From positions 522,681 through 586,680 of the forward strand of contig MHCJ01000003.1 of assembly GCA_001816585.1 (NCBI GenBank): a stretch of 64,000 bases of DNA, read 5' to 3'. The notes beneath the pieces were generated by a model, which was not told the DNA's origin, searched no databases, and worked only from the letters and a program-made list of their open reading frames with translations. A program made the translations under genes and the position numbers. The stretch is from Candidatus Chisholmbacteria bacterium RIFCSPHIGHO2_01_FULL_52_32 (GTDB lineage Bacteria > Patescibacteriota > Microgenomatia > UBA1400 > Chisholmbacteraceae). How positions within the stretch are numbered: position 1 is the stretch's first letter; each line of letters begins with the position of its first letter. Of the stretch, positions 1 to 9,620 are shown one piece after another.

Positions 1-687
1 ATCTGCCCCTGTTTTTTCACACAGATTTGCGATTTCGTTGATGAAGGCAATTCGTGTTGCGAGGTAAGCATTCGCGGCGTACTTGGTCAATTGCGCGCTC
101 TCCGGCCTCATGACGATCTTTGGGCCTTGGAGTGGCTTATGAAGATCCAAAAGCTTGGCAACGACCCATTTGTTCGTTGATCCGATGATGACACGCTGGG
201 GATTCAGGGCATCCGCGACCGCGGTTCCCTCTTTGAGAAACTCCGGTATCGAGGCACTGAAAAACTTGTTCTTCGTCTTTCTCTCAATGATTTGATCAAT
301 TTTCCTGTTCGTTGACGGAGGAACAGTTGATTTGATTACAATAATTACCCGATCTTTGATAAATGGCGCGAGGGACTGGGCAGCTGAGAACACGTATTTC
401 AAGTCAGCCTGGCCGTTTGGGGCTGACGGGGTTCCGACGCAGATGAAAATCACTTCGGAGTCTTTAACTGCCTCCTGATAACCGGATGTAAATTTCAGAC
501 GATTTTTTTTGAGATTCTCTTTGACAAGTTCTTCAAGATTCGGTTCGTAAAAAAAGATTTTTCCGGTATTGAGGAGCTTGACTTTTTCTTTGTCTACGTC
601 CAGCGCCCAGACGAAGTTCCCGAACTTGGCAAAAACTGCGGCCGTCACGACCCCAACAAAGCCGGTTCCAATTACCGTAATTTGCAT
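1..687 (-). CDS. UDP-glucose/GDP-mannose 6-dehydrogenase family protein, N-terminal part; the 3' end runs off the window
   Basis: Own translation of the minus strand from ATG at 685-687: MQITVIGTGFVGVV... (NAD-binding GxGxxG) ... PEFLKEGTAV motif. Not in the ORF track because it is truncated by the window edge. Confidence 0.8.
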   Translation of the reverse strand, partial: MQITVIGTGFVGVVTAAVFAKFGNFVWALDVDKEKVKLLNTGKIFFYEPNLEELVKENLKKNRLKFTSGYQEAVKDSEVIFICVGTPSAPNGQADLKYVFSAAQSLAPFIKDRVIIVIKSTVPPSTNRKIDQIIERKTKNKFFSASIPEFLKEGTAVADALNPQRVIIGSTNKWVVAKLLDLHKPLQGPKIVMRPESAQLTKYAANAYLATRIAFINEIANLCEKTGAD

Positions 688-766
688 GGGTTAATGATAT
701 CAGAAAACCACTTTGCTTGGGAGGTGGGGCAGTTTTTTTGTTATCATAGCTTTATAAGCCATATTT

Positions 767-1510
767 ATGCGTATCGATATCCTAACCGTTTTTCCGCAGA
801 TGTTCGCAGGCCCTCTTGATGCCAGCATCGTGGCTCGGGCAAAAGAGCATGGGCTGGTTGAGGTATGGATTCATGATCTTCGGCGTTGGACGACCGATCG
901 GCGGAAAACCGTTGATGATCGGCCATACGGGGGAGGATCGGGAATGGTAATGATGGTCGAGCCCATCGATCGTGCATTACACGATCTCAAGTTAAAAGTT
1001 AAAAGTGAAAAGTTAAAAGTTATTCTTCTTAGTCCGCAAGGGAAAGTCTTTTCTCAAGCGAGGGCCAGGGATCTCGCGAAGTTAGATAATCTCATCCTTA
1101 TTGCCGGACATTATGAGGGGGTTGATGAACGGGTAAGGGAACACTTGGTTGATGAGGAAATTTCTATCGGTGATTATGTGTTAACCGGAGGCGAACTTCC
1201 GGCAATGGTCTTGGTCGATTCGATCGTTCGCCTCATTCCGGGCGTCCTGGAAAAACCTGAAGCGACCGAACTCGAGTCTTTCAGTACCTTTCACGCTCCC
1301 CCTGAATACCCCAAGAGCACGGGACGAGCAGTGCGCGGTCGTTACCCTTTGCTTGAATATCCACAATATACCCGGCCGGCAAATTTCAAGGGTTGGAAGG
1401 TTCCTGAAATCCTCCGCTCCGGAGACCATGCCGGAGTTGAAACGTGGCAGATGAAACAAGCGCTGAAACGGACGCGGGAACGCCGACCGGATTTGTTGAA
1501 AGGTAAATAA
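767..1510 (+). CDS. trmD: tRNA (guanine37-N1)-methyltransferase TrmD
   Basis: [13 protein letters not shown]...[12 protein letters not shown]...[10 protein letters not shown]...[11 protein letters not shown]: collinear with the TrmD SPOUT fold. Confidence 0.9.
   Translation: MRIDILTVFPQMFAGPLDASIVARAKEHGLVEVWIHDLRRWTTDRRKTVDDRPYGGGSGMVMMVEPIDRALHDLKLKVKSEKLKVILLSPQGKVFSQARARDLAKLDNLILIAGHYEGVDERVREHLVDEEISIGDYVLTGGELPAMVLVDSIVRLIPGVLEKPEATELESFSTFHAPPEYPKSTGRAVRGRYPLLEYPQYTRPANFKGWKVPEILRSGDHAGVETWQMKQALKRTRERRPDLLKGK
989..1022 (+). repeat. type-A short repeat AAGTTAAAAGTTAAAAGTGAAAAGTTAAAAGTTA, in frame inside trmD
   Basis: Near-identical copies at 51349-51385 (intergenic) and 55472-55506 (inverted, intergenic). 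Here it encodes [12 protein letters not shown] in a loop of TrmD. Confidence 0.6.
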
Positions 1511-1541
1511 GTCACCGACTTTTCTCACCAACATATCCCTG

Positions 1542-2291
1542 ATGCAACTGAAGTTTCTCACCTTAAATATTCTTAAGGGAGATCTCCTGAATAAGGTTAT
1601 CGACTTCCTTCGCAAAGAGGATCCCGATATTGTTGTGCTTCAGGAAGTTTACAATGGCACGGATTCTTTTCGTGCGCGGAAATATCGGTCATTTTCCGTC
1701 ATCAAACAGGAGCTCGGAATACCCCACGGTGCGTTTGCTCCTGCGTTTCTTGATGTTACCGAGGGTCGGAATGTTGATAACGGCAATGCGATTTTTTCAA
1801 AATTTCCTATTCGTTCTTCGCATGTCGTTTTCTTCGACGTTCCCTATGGTTCCTACATCGATTCTCCCGAAAACTATGCCCACTGCCCGAGAAATCTGTT
1901 ACGTACAATTCTGAACGTTGATTCCCGTGAAATCGATGTCATCAATACCCATGGGATTTGGGGCCTTGATGGCAAGGATAGTAAGCGCCGCCTGAAGATG
2001 AGTCAAACGATCGTAAAAAACGTTCAAGACAAGGAGCTTGTCATTCTCGCCGGAGACTTTAACCTTCAGCCTTCCACTCGAACCATCGGGAATATTGAAA
2101 AGCACCTACGGAACGTGTTTGCGGATGAGCTTCAAACGACATTCAACATGAAACGGAAAACTCACCCCGGCTACGCAGCTGCAGCGGTGGACATGATTTT
2201 TGTCAGCAGGTCCTTGCGGATTCTCGACCATTATTGCCCCCGGGTTGATGTTTCTGATCACCTGCCACTCGTTTGCATTCTGGAGGTTTAA
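1542..2291 (+). CDS. endonuclease/exonuclease/phosphatase (EEP) family protein
   Basis: LNILKG...DIVVLQEV...NTHGIW...SDHLPLV motifs typical of the EEP fold. Confidence 0.7.
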   Translation: MQLKFLTLNILKGDLLNKVIDFLRKEDPDIVVLQEVYNGTDSFRARKYRSFSVIKQELGIPHGAFAPAFLDVTEGRNVDNGNAIFSKFPIRSSHVVFFDVPYGSYIDSPENYAHCPRNLLRTILNVDSREIDVINTHGIWGLDGKDSKRRLKMSQTIVKNVQDKELVILAGDFNLQPSTRTIGNIEKHLRNVFADELQTTFNMKRKTHPGYAAAAVDMIFVSRSLRILDHYCPRVDVSDHLPLVCILEV

Positions 2292-2317
2292 TTTGAGAAG
2301 TGTTCTTCTCGGAAGGC

Positions 2318-3208
2318 TTAACTCTGTCGCATTTGTTTTGCTACTTCGCGGAGTGATTGATCGATCGTCCTCATGGTGATTCCCAGCTCCGTTTTTATCT
2401 TTGCATTGGACATGGCAAGCCGTTTTTGATAGGGCCGTTTTGCCGTCCTGAGGTACTCTGTAAGGCTTCCCTTCATGACCGCTTGTTCGTTGTAGCTAAA
2501 GGCCCGGGCAATACTCTTGGCGAGAACATAGGGAGAAACCGCCGAGGATCCGACAACGTGATAGATCCCACGGGGGCGTTTTTGGATGATGGTACCCAGC
2601 GCTATGGCGATGTCATCGATGAATGTCGGCGTAATGATCTGATCCGAAAACATCGGGTAGAGTGTTCCTGTTTTTAGCTTTTCCAAGATGGTCCGAACGA
2701 GATCAGGCTTCAGTTTGTAGTCGGTACGGAACGGGAAAGCAATCCGCAGGATTGCGAAGCTACCGCCTGCCTTCTGTACTTCCTGCTCAGCCCAGTACTT
2801 CGTTTGGCCGTACCATTCAATCGGGTGGGGACGGTCCGTTTCCGTATAGGGTTTCCGCTTCTTCCCGTCAAAAACAAAATCAGTCGAAATGTGGATCAGA
2901 TACCTCTCCTGTTCAGCTGAATATTGTGCGACATGACGGGTTCCCAAGACATTGACTTTGTAACACGCCCCGTTTTTATCTCCCATCTGACGATAGGCTT
3001 CGTCGACATTGGTGTAGGCTGCAAAATGGACCACCGCTTCCCCACTCGCCTTCCCCATCGCTTTTTTCACGGAGGCTTCATCGGCGAGGTCGACTCCCGT
3101 CGTCAGGTCAAGGTTTTGAAAACTGAATTTGGTTGAGAGAAGCTCTTCCACACGGGAGCCGACCAATCCTGAGAGTCCGGTTGATACAATCTTAGGCCTT
3201 TTTGACAT
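2318..3208 (-). CDS. rfbD: dTDP-4-dehydrorhamnose reductase (RmlD/RfbD-like); start placed at the internal Met MSKRPKIV
   Basis: Rossmann N-terminus VSTGLSGLVGSRV and RmlD-like body. The track ORF extends upstream in frame into rfbC; the internal ATG at 3208 gives a typical length (~296 aa). Confidence 0.7.
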   Translation of the reverse strand: MSKRPKIVSTGLSGLVGSRVEELLSTKFSFQNLDLTTGVDLADEASVKKAMGKASGEAVVHFAAYTNVDEAYRQMGDKNGACYKVNVLGTRHVAQYSAEQERYLIHISTDFVFDGKKRKPYTETDRPHPIEWYGQTKYWAEQEVQKAGGSFAILRIAFPFRTDYKLKPDLVRTILEKLKTGTLYPMFSDQIITPTFIDDIAIALGTIIQKRPRGIYHVVGSSAVSPYVLAKSIARAFSYNEQAVMKGSLTEYLRTAKRPYQKRLAMSNAKIKTELGITMRTIDQSLREVAKQMRQS

Positions 3209-3770
3209 AGCGTTCGTAGGCTCGCCGAACTTTGTCCCAGGAAAAGGTAGAACCATCAGGAAGCGGGAAGTTCTCAAACGGAAGACGTACCTCTTCCTTG
3301 GGATCATAAAGCCGGCTGGGAAAGTTGAGAAGCGTGGCTTCCTTCTGACCGACCACGAGGAATCCGTGGAGGGTGTGTGCAGGAACAAGCAGTTCATATT
3401 GACCAAGTAGTCCCTGCGATTCACCGACCAAAAAGAGATTGAGCCGATCCTTCGACGGGGAGTTTTCGCGTACATCGTAGATTGCAAAAACGACATCGCC
3501 GAAGATCACCGCATAGCGATCGACCTGACCTCCGGGATGGAAGTGCCAACGGTCAACGTCGCGGGCGGTACCGGATTTCGTAGCTGAATAATATACTTGG
3601 GTAAATGGCAACGTCTTTGCATTGTAGATATCCTCCCACGTCGTCTTGAGGATCTCGGTCAACGTCCCTCTGGGATCGGCGTTGACCACAAGCTTTCGGA
3701 TGACTACATCGTGGATTACGGGGTATCCTTTTTCCTTCGTTGTGAAGATGTTATACAGAGGTCTTTTCAT
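3192..3770 (-). CDS. rfbC: dTDP-4-dehydrorhamnose 3,5-epimerase (RmlC/RfbC)
   Basis: Cupin epimerase signature; a 192-aa protein in operon order between rfbB and rfbD. Confidence 0.8.
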   Translation of the reverse strand: MKRPLYNIFTTKEKGYPVIHDVVIRKLVVNADPRGTLTEILKTTWEDIYNAKTLPFTQVYYSATKSGTARDVDRWHFHPGGQVDRYAVIFGDVVFAIYDVRENSPSKDRLNLFLVGESQGLLGQYELLVPAHTLHGFLVVGQKEATLLNFPSRLYDPKEEVRLPFENFPLPDGSTFSWDKVRRAYERYVKKA

Positions 3771-4300
3771 TTTCCTGTCTTTTTCTCTATCTCTTCCTCC
3801 AGCGTTTTCAGGTAGTCTTGCCCTGCCTCTTCTTTTGGGGCCCAGGGGGCGAGATTCTTATGGCTGTCCGGCTCATACGGCCCTTGGACTACCTCAAACA
3901 AGGCTGTCCCCGGTTTCAAGGAGACGAAGGTGTGCCACGTCCTCGGCGGGATGTCCACGGCATACTCGGGCCCTTTCTCGTCGATGATGTGAATTTCGGT
4001 GACGTTTCCTTTGTCATCAAAGTTCAGGCAGGCGGCGCGACCTTTGAGGATGATGAAGGCTTCGATTTTGTCGGGGTTCTCGTGCTTGTGGGGAGGAATA
4101 TAACTGCCCGGTTCCATGGCGTTCACCATCCGCTGGACGGGATCACTGAATTGGTGGAAAAGAACATGTGCCCGTCTGCGGGGACTCAGCTTGGCTTTTT
4201 GCGAAAGTTCCTCTAAGAGCTTGTCAGAAACGGTTCTCATCGATTTCGATATTGCTTTTGATAATACTCCTGGTATTCTCCCGACTTGACGCGTTTCCAC
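3767..4300 (-). CDS. cupin-fold protein (WbuC-like) embedded in the rhamnose operon
   Basis: 177 aa with a PPHKHEN...WH cupin metal-binding motif; 4-nt overlaps with the neighbouring genes. Confidence 0.5.
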   Translation of the reverse strand: METRQVGRIPGVLSKAISKSMRTVSDKLLEELSQKAKLSPRRRAHVLFHQFSDPVQRMVNAMEPGSYIPPHKHENPDKIEAFIILKGRAACLNFDDKGNVTEIHIIDEKGPEYAVDIPPRTWHTFVSLKPGTALFEVVQGPYEPDSHKNLAPWAPKEEAGQDYLKTLEEEIEKKTGK

Positions 4301-5250
4301 CAGTCCGTGTTTTGTTTATACCACACTACGGTCTTTGCCAGCCAGGTGTCAAAATCATGCTCGGGTTTCCAGCCGAGTTCCCGGTGAATTTTTGTCCAAT
4401 CCATGGCATAGCGAAGGTCGTGTCCGGGGCGATCTTTGACAAATTCTATCGCGGATTGGTCTTTTCCGAGAAGTTTGGCGATTTTTTTGACTACTTGAAG
4501 GTTCGTAACCCCATCCATTTGACCGCCAATGCAATAGGTCTCCCCGTTCTTGCCTTTCTTCACTACCAAGTCAATCGCACGGCAGTGATCCGAAACATAG
4601 AGCCAGTCCCTCACCTGATTACCTTCTCCATAGACAGGGACCTTTTTTCCTTCCAGAAGGTTCGTTGTGGCAAGCGGAATGAGTTTCTCGGGGAACTGAT
4701 AAGGTCCGAAGTTGTTTGAACAGTTGGTAATGGTGATCGGCAATCCATATGTTGTGCGGTAGGCACGCACCAAATGGTCAGACGCGGCCTTTGAGGCCGA
4801 GTAGGGACTGCGGGGGTTGTACTGCGACTGCTCATGAAATTTCTCCTTCGATCCCAGCTTTAACGTCCCGAATACCTCGTCGGTCGATACGTGGTGGAAG
4901 TGCTTGACTTTGGCTTGAAGCGCGGCATCCAAAAGAGTCTGTGTCCCGACAACATTGGTCATCATAAAGACCGCGGGACCTAAAATGGATCTGTCGACAT
5001 GGCTTTCGGCGGCGAAGTGGACGACCAGATCCACCTTGTGCATTGCGATCCGAACCGCATCGGCATCACAGATATCTCCTTTGATAAATCGGTAATTTTT
5101 CTGGTTCTCAACTTTCCGCAAGCTCTCCAAATTCCCCGCGTAGGTGAGTTTGTCCAAGTTCACAATCGAATCGTTCGGATACTTGTTCATCCAGTAGAGG
5201 ATGAAGTTTGAGCCGATAAACCCAGCGCCGCCGGTTACGAGTAACTTCAT
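4237..5250 (-). CDS. rfbB: dTDP-glucose 4,6-dehydratase (RmlB/RfbB)
   Basis: MKLLVTGGAGFIGSNF... YxxxK SDR active site (YSASKAASD). Start taken at the Met of MKLL. Confidence 0.85.
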   Translation of the reverse strand: MKLLVTGGAGFIGSNFILYWMNKYPNDSIVNLDKLTYAGNLESLRKVENQKNYRFIKGDICDADAVRIAMHKVDLVVHFAAESHVDRSILGPAVFMMTNVVGTQTLLDAALQAKVKHFHHVSTDEVFGTLKLGSKEKFHEQSQYNPRSPYSASKAASDHLVRAYRTTYGLPITITNCSNNFGPYQFPEKLIPLATTNLLEGKKVPVYGEGNQVRDWLYVSDHCRAIDLVVKKGKNGETYCIGGQMDGVTNLQVVKKIAKLLGKDQSAIEFVKDRPGHDLRYAMDWTKIHRELGWKPEHDFDTWLAKTVVWYKQNTDWWKRVKSGEYQEYYQKQYRNR

Positions 5251-5302
5251 GGATTGATGTCTAATGATCAATGGTTAATGGCTGATGACTTGAGACCAGA
5301 GA

Positions 5303-5344
5303 TCATTGTTCTCTGTTCATTGTTTTCTGTTCACTGTTTTCTGT
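5303..5344. promoter_or_regulatory. three tandem 14-bp repeats (CAYTGTTYTCTGTT) in the leader/promoter region of the rfbB operon
   Basis: cattgttctctgtt cattgttttctgtt cactgttttctgtt, 55-95 bp upstream of the rfbB start. Confidence 0.35.
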
Positions 5345-5347
5345 TAT

Positions 5348-5848
5348 TCAGGCATGCCTATCCGCAACTGACGAAGCTCCGAAGGAGTCCGGCTTGGTTT
5401 TCGCCGTGTAGCCATTTCCCATGACCATCCCGACTACTTCTTTGATCATTTCCCGCGTCTCGCCTGATTGTCCGACATCGATGTGGATTTCAAGCTCCCA
5501 GTTGCTGTTTCCGTTCAATTTCGTTGAAAGCTTCGGGACGAGCTGCTCGGCAACTTCCAATGAACGAAAGGTTTCTGTATAGATCTTTTGACGCAGGGAT
5601 CGCATCTGTTCCTTTTTTCCGTTTCTCCAGAAATATCTGCCCCCTTTTCCTATCCGATGGACCACAACCGCGGTAACAAAATTGGTGTATTTCCTGCCGC
5701 TTGCCCGTCGATCCTGCGAATCTGTACCGATCACCAAGCGGTAATGAGACTGCGGTTCTTCGTAGAGATAGTTGGCTATTCCTTCGATGACTTCTTCAAG
5801 AGAAACACGTCCAAGTGTTGGGCTTGTGAAGGTATCGATCCCAGACAT
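5348..5848 (-). CDS. DUF458/YkuK-like RNase H-fold protein
   Basis: Resemblance to the Bacillus YkuK family (HYRLVIGTDSQ...). Confidence 0.55.
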   Translation of the reverse strand: MSGIDTFTSPTLGRVSLEEVIEGIANYLYEEPQSHYRLVIGTDSQDRRASGRKYTNFVTAVVVHRIGKGGRYFWRNGKKEQMRSLRQKIYTETFRSLEVAEQLVPKLSTKLNGNSNWELEIHIDVGQSGETREMIKEVVGMVMGNGYTAKTKPDSFGASSVADRHA

Positions 5849-5899
5849 GCGGGTATTATAACACGTTCCTTTTCAGGGAGAGTTTCTTTTTTCGGTTGT

Positions 5900-6256
5900 C
5901 TAGCGAACCAAAAGTGAGGGGGTGTACACCCGTTTCCCGAATTTGCAGGTTCGGTCGCAGTAGATCTCTTCGTTGTGGCAGGCGTTTTTCCCATCACAGA
6001 TCTGTTCGCCCTGGCAATACGGTTTCACGAGGAGATTAAAGATTTCGATCTTTTCTTTATTGATGACCATTTCCGTTCCTCCCTGGTCACAGCCACAGCA
6101 GGTCGTTTCGACCCAGACACAATCTGAATCCTTGCGGCAGGACTGCAGACCTTCCATCACCCCATCTTGGATGAATCCCCCTTGTGCGATGAAGAAACGC
6201 GCCGGAAGAATGACAAGGGCTGAGAGAATAACCAAAATGAGAATGATCTTTACCAT
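5900..6256 (-). CDS. small Cys-rich secreted/membrane-anchored hypothetical protein
   Basis: N-terminal hydrophobic helix, then about 12 Cys (CCGCDQ, CQGEQIC). Confidence 0.4.
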   Translation of the reverse strand: MVKIILILVILSALVILPARFFIAQGGFIQDGVMEGLQSCRKDSDCVWVETTCCGCDQGGTEMVINKEKIEIFNLLVKPYCQGEQICDGKNACHNEEIYCDRTCKFGKRVYTPSLLVR

Positions 6257-6341
6257 GATGCTTTTTTTACCTCCAAGCCTTGTCCACTGTTATTTAAGCT
6301 GGTTTTCCCTTCCGCTGCAAGTCTCGCTTCAAACGGCGCCC

Positions 6342-7067
6342 TCAGCCATACTTTTTCCTGGTCGCCCATTCCAGCATTTTGACCGCGAGGTACAACGGCA
6401 AGAGACATAAAAGGTTGAGGATAACAACAAACGTAAGACCGACCGCAAATGAGTTCACTATCTGTTGCAATTCGGTTATCACAGTCCCTGTTACCGACGA
6501 GGTGGTTGGGGACCAAATCGCAGCGAGACCCAGTGCGATGAGTATCGCGAGTGTCGGGAAAAGTCCTTCCCGGTCGCTTTTTGAAAGCGCCATGGTGTTT
6601 GATATCGCAAAGAGGCCGTAGAGGTACAACGCAGTTTTTAAGGAAAAGTTTGAAACGATTGTCTCTCCGATAACCCTGAGAGATTCTGGCTCAAGCGGAA
6701 ACGTGAACATGAGTCTTGAGAGGATCATCAAAAGTATCAGTCCGACCAAAAGCGGAGCGGCACCGATACAGGCGTTTCTTAAAAAATCAGCCCTGCTTAC
6801 CTTCACCGATCCCAGCCGTAATCCTTCTTTGCTCTCCCTGGGAAAAATCTCAAGCGGTCCCGTCCGAACCCCCAGCAGTCCTGCCATAAAGAAGTGCGAC
6901 AGCTCATGGATGATAACACCGGGAAAGAAGATCACCGCATAGACGACTTCTCCCAAACGTATCGAACCGGTAATAAGCATCGAGGCTTTCGCAACTGACC
7001 TCGCAAAGGCTGTCTGGAGGATAAGAAGACTTCCCAATGCCGATACTGCCCAGAGGAAAACAATCAC
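6342..7067 (-). CDS. polytopic membrane protein with an intramembrane HExxH (putative zinc metalloprotease, site-2-protease-like)
   Basis: VIIHELSHFF lies inside a predicted TM helix; several further TM segments. Confidence 0.45.
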   Translation of the reverse strand: MIVFLWAVSALGSLLILQTAFARSVAKASMLITGSIRLGEVVYAVIFFPGVIIHELSHFFMAGLLGVRTGPLEIFPRESKEGLRLGSVKVSRADFLRNACIGAAPLLVGLILLMILSRLMFTFPLEPESLRVIGETIVSNFSLKTALYLYGLFAISNTMALSKSDREGLFPTLAILIALGLAAIWSPTTSSVTGTVITELQQIVNSFAVGLTFVVILNLLCLLPLYLAVKMLEWATRKKYG

Positions 7068-8800
7068 CAGCTGCCTCCCCCTCCGCCGCCGAAACCGCCG
7101 CCCGAAAATCCCCCTCCCCCAAAACCGCTGCCGCCGCTAGACGCTGATTTTGTAGCGGGCATGGTTGTCGTTGCGGCGTTGGTAAAATCTTCCATACTGT
7201 AGGCGAAGGCATTGACCTGAAAGGGTCGGCTTCCGGTGTACCAACTCGGCGGCGGAACATTGATTTTTGCGAAGGCGGCCGCCAGTTTATGCGTCAGGCT
7301 GAAGGCTATGGCATAGGGGAGCACTTCTTCAAACAGGTTTGCCTTTTCCCAGAGTTGCTCGCGGTAGGCTCCGAGGGAAATGAAATTTCTCAAACCCAGA
7401 ACGCGTAAATACTCTTTCCTCCCGTGGGCGGTTCTCTTCGGCATGGCTTTGGCAAACAGGACGATCAGAAGCCCCGAAGATGCCAGAGCGACTCCCCATG
7501 CAACCGATTGAGAGAAGGCGGGAAAACCAAGAAGTCCAAGCGCGATTCCGATCACCCGATAGAATGTGACAACCTTGTCCGGTCTCCGCGAAAAGATGCC
7601 CTTTTTTGTCAGCGATTCGTACAGGCTGTCGCGGATTTTGGAAAGATGGGCGGCGAAGTGGTATTTCAGTTCTGACAGGAGAACCGTATCTCCGGTTTTA
7701 CCCTTCCCGAAAAGAGCAAGGACGAGTTTACTCTCGTAGTCATCAAGATTCCCGATATCTTTCTTGACCCAGATCAACCGGTAATCAGCTTTCCTGAAGA
7801 GACCGTCTTTTGCCACTTCTTCGATCCGAAGATAACCCCTGACGGCAAGGTCGACGATCGTGGCTGTGAGATCACGGAGATTCACCTCTTCATCGATAAG
7901 CGTTCCCGCCTCGGCAGGCCTGATGTCTGTTATGGGAGCGTAGGTTTGCGGGACGAGTTCCGAAGAGAAAGCGGGGAGCGTTTCAATACCTCTTGAAGGA
8001 TCAAATAAGGATTTGTACTGCTGGTCCCTGCCATGCTGCCAATAGAGCCAGAGAAGAAGTGAAAGCGTTATCAGGGGAATCGCGTAGGGCCAATTGTCGC
8101 TTACAAGCCACCAGAGTCGGGTTGTCACCGAGGGCTCCTTGATAGCACCCTTCGGAAGCGAGGTAACGATGGTGAATCCTTCAGCGGGGTTCAACTCTAT
8201 GTCGGCTTGAAAATCCACCGCCGAACCCAAGCTTCCGACCGTGCACCGGTTCAGGCTTGAGCCATAGGGGCCAGAAAAGCAGGTCGCATCGGTTGCTGGC
8301 TGGGGAAGGAGAACTTTCGCCTTCGCACTTCTGATTGAAACCGGCCAAGCATTTCCCGTGACATTCCAATACAATTCATCGTGATCGCTAAGTCTCGAGA
8401 TGACGCGCTGCACCCTGTATTTGAGGATATACGTCTGAAAACCACTGATCGTCTCATTTGGGTCCCCGATTTTAATCTCCAGGTTTTCACCTTTTCTGCT
8501 TGCCTGATATTGTCTCCCTTGCCCGTTCTCGCCCGTCACCTGATCAATTTTCAGCCGGATGTTTACTTTGTTCCCGAATCGATCGCGGTAAACGACGGGA
8601 ATCGTCCGATAAATCCCGTGCTTTGAGAGACCGTCAAAATCAACCCTGATCGTTTCCTCGACAGATACGCTGGCATCTTCATGGGCGGTGATGTTTGACT
8701 CGAATTCATCGATGACCCAACCGGTATCTTGGGCCTGTATCGGGGAGATAAGTAAAGCGAAGCTAAACAGAAGCGAAAGCAAACTACGGAATACGTCCAT
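7064..8800 (-). CDS. DUF2207-family membrane protein with a Gly-rich C-terminus
   Basis: Signal peptide MDVFRSLLSLLFSFALLISPIQAQ, internal TM helices, C-terminal GGSGFGGGGFSGGGFGGGGGGSW. Confidence 0.55.
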   Translation of the reverse strand: MDVFRSLLSLLFSFALLISPIQAQDTGWVIDEFESNITAHEDASVSVEETIRVDFDGLSKHGIYRTIPVVYRDRFGNKVNIRLKIDQVTGENGQGRQYQASRKGENLEIKIGDPNETISGFQTYILKYRVQRVISRLSDHDELYWNVTGNAWPVSIRSAKAKVLLPQPATDATCFSGPYGSSLNRCTVGSLGSAVDFQADIELNPAEGFTIVTSLPKGAIKEPSVTTRLWWLVSDNWPYAIPLITLSLLLWLYWQHGRDQQYKSLFDPSRGIETLPAFSSELVPQTYAPITDIRPAEAGTLIDEEVNLRDLTATIVDLAVRGYLRIEEVAKDGLFRKADYRLIWVKKDIGNLDDYESKLVLALFGKGKTGDTVLLSELKYHFAAHLSKIRDSLYESLTKKGIFSRRPDKVVTFYRVIGIALGLLGFPAFSQSVAWGVALASSGLLIVLFAKAMPKRTAHGRKEYLRVLGLRNFISLGAYREQLWEKANLFEEVLPYAIAFSLTHKLAAAFAKINVPPPSWYTGSRPFQVNAFAYSMEDFTNAATTTMPATKSASSGGSGFGGGGFSGGGFGGGGGGSW

Positions 8801-8807
8801 GCTCACT

Positions 8808-9566
8808 CTATTGTAGCTTTTTTTTGTCCCGTTTCGATAGCCTTCCTGTAACAAATCCGAAGAGAAGCAGGGTTGCCGCCCCGAGGAAGGCGATACTGGT
8901 CCATAGAGATTCCGATTGAAGCAGGCCGCGCTTTGGTGGAGAAGTGGTCGGTTGAACAGGAGAAGGCTTCATCTCGTTTTCCCGGTTCGCATTCTCGATT
9001 GAGGCTTTGGTCGCTTCGGTTGCCTCACCCCCCCCGTTCTCCAAGCCTCCTTCGTTTTTTCCCGTAGATTTGACGATGACAACGGAGATCGGTTCTGAAA
9101 CGATGAGCCGTTTGCCGCTCTCACGTTTCGGCGCCTCAAGGCTTGCCGTCGAAGTTATTGTTTGGGCTATTGCCGATTCTCGGACGGCGACTGTCATTGT
9201 CAACTTTCCCTCGCCGGTTGCTTCAAACGATTCGAGCTCGGGGATAAAATATTCGGGAAGACTCCCAAATTCACTCGAGAGCCAATTGGAAGGTTGCGGG
9301 TCGGCGGTAACGTACGTGAGCGGGGCTCTCCCTCCAAGGGCTGTGTTCAGCGTTATCCTCACGTTTTCCGCCATCCGAGGGCCTCTGTTCCCGAAGGTAA
9401 TGGTGTAGGAAAATTCGTCTTTCGGTCTGACCTCTTTTTGCGAAGCAACGATCGAAAGGTAAGGCTCCGAGTTTTCAGCTTGCAGAGGCTCTCCCGCTTG
9501 GACGCTTGCAAGGGATAGCCACCCGATAAGTACGAACGGAAGTGCTGTGAAAAATGTTCTCATCAC
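8808..9566 (-). CDS. secreted protein with a C-terminal TM anchor (DUF11-like beta-sandwich?)
   Basis: Signal peptide, C-terminal hydrophobic helix plus KRDKKK tail. Confidence 0.45.
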   Translation of the reverse strand: MMRTFFTALPFVLIGWLSLASVQAGEPLQAENSEPYLSIVASQKEVRPKDEFSYTITFGNRGPRMAENVRITLNTALGGRAPLTYVTADPQPSNWLSSEFGSLPEYFIPELESFEATGEGKLTMTVAVRESAIAQTITSTASLEAPKRESGKRLIVSEPISVVIVKSTGKNEGGLENGGGEATEATKASIENANRENEMKPSPVQPTTSPPKRGLLQSESLWTSIAFLGAATLLLFGFVTGRLSKRDKKKLQ

Positions 9567-9620
9567 AAAGGCAGGGTAATTTCTTCTCTTGAAAGGGTAA
9601 CGAGAAGATTCGCAAACTTG

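Noticed and set aside
690-766. sigma70-like promoter for trmD (TTGCTT...TATCAT)
   Set aside because: A weak match only, and trmD is usually internal to the rpsP-rimM-trmD-rplS operon. Too uncertain to list as a feature.
2318-3496. 392-aa ORF as the full-length rfbD
   Set aside because: The N-terminal ~96 residues are translated from the rfbC coding region in another frame and have no reductase similarity. The Rossmann N-terminus begins at the internal Met (3208).
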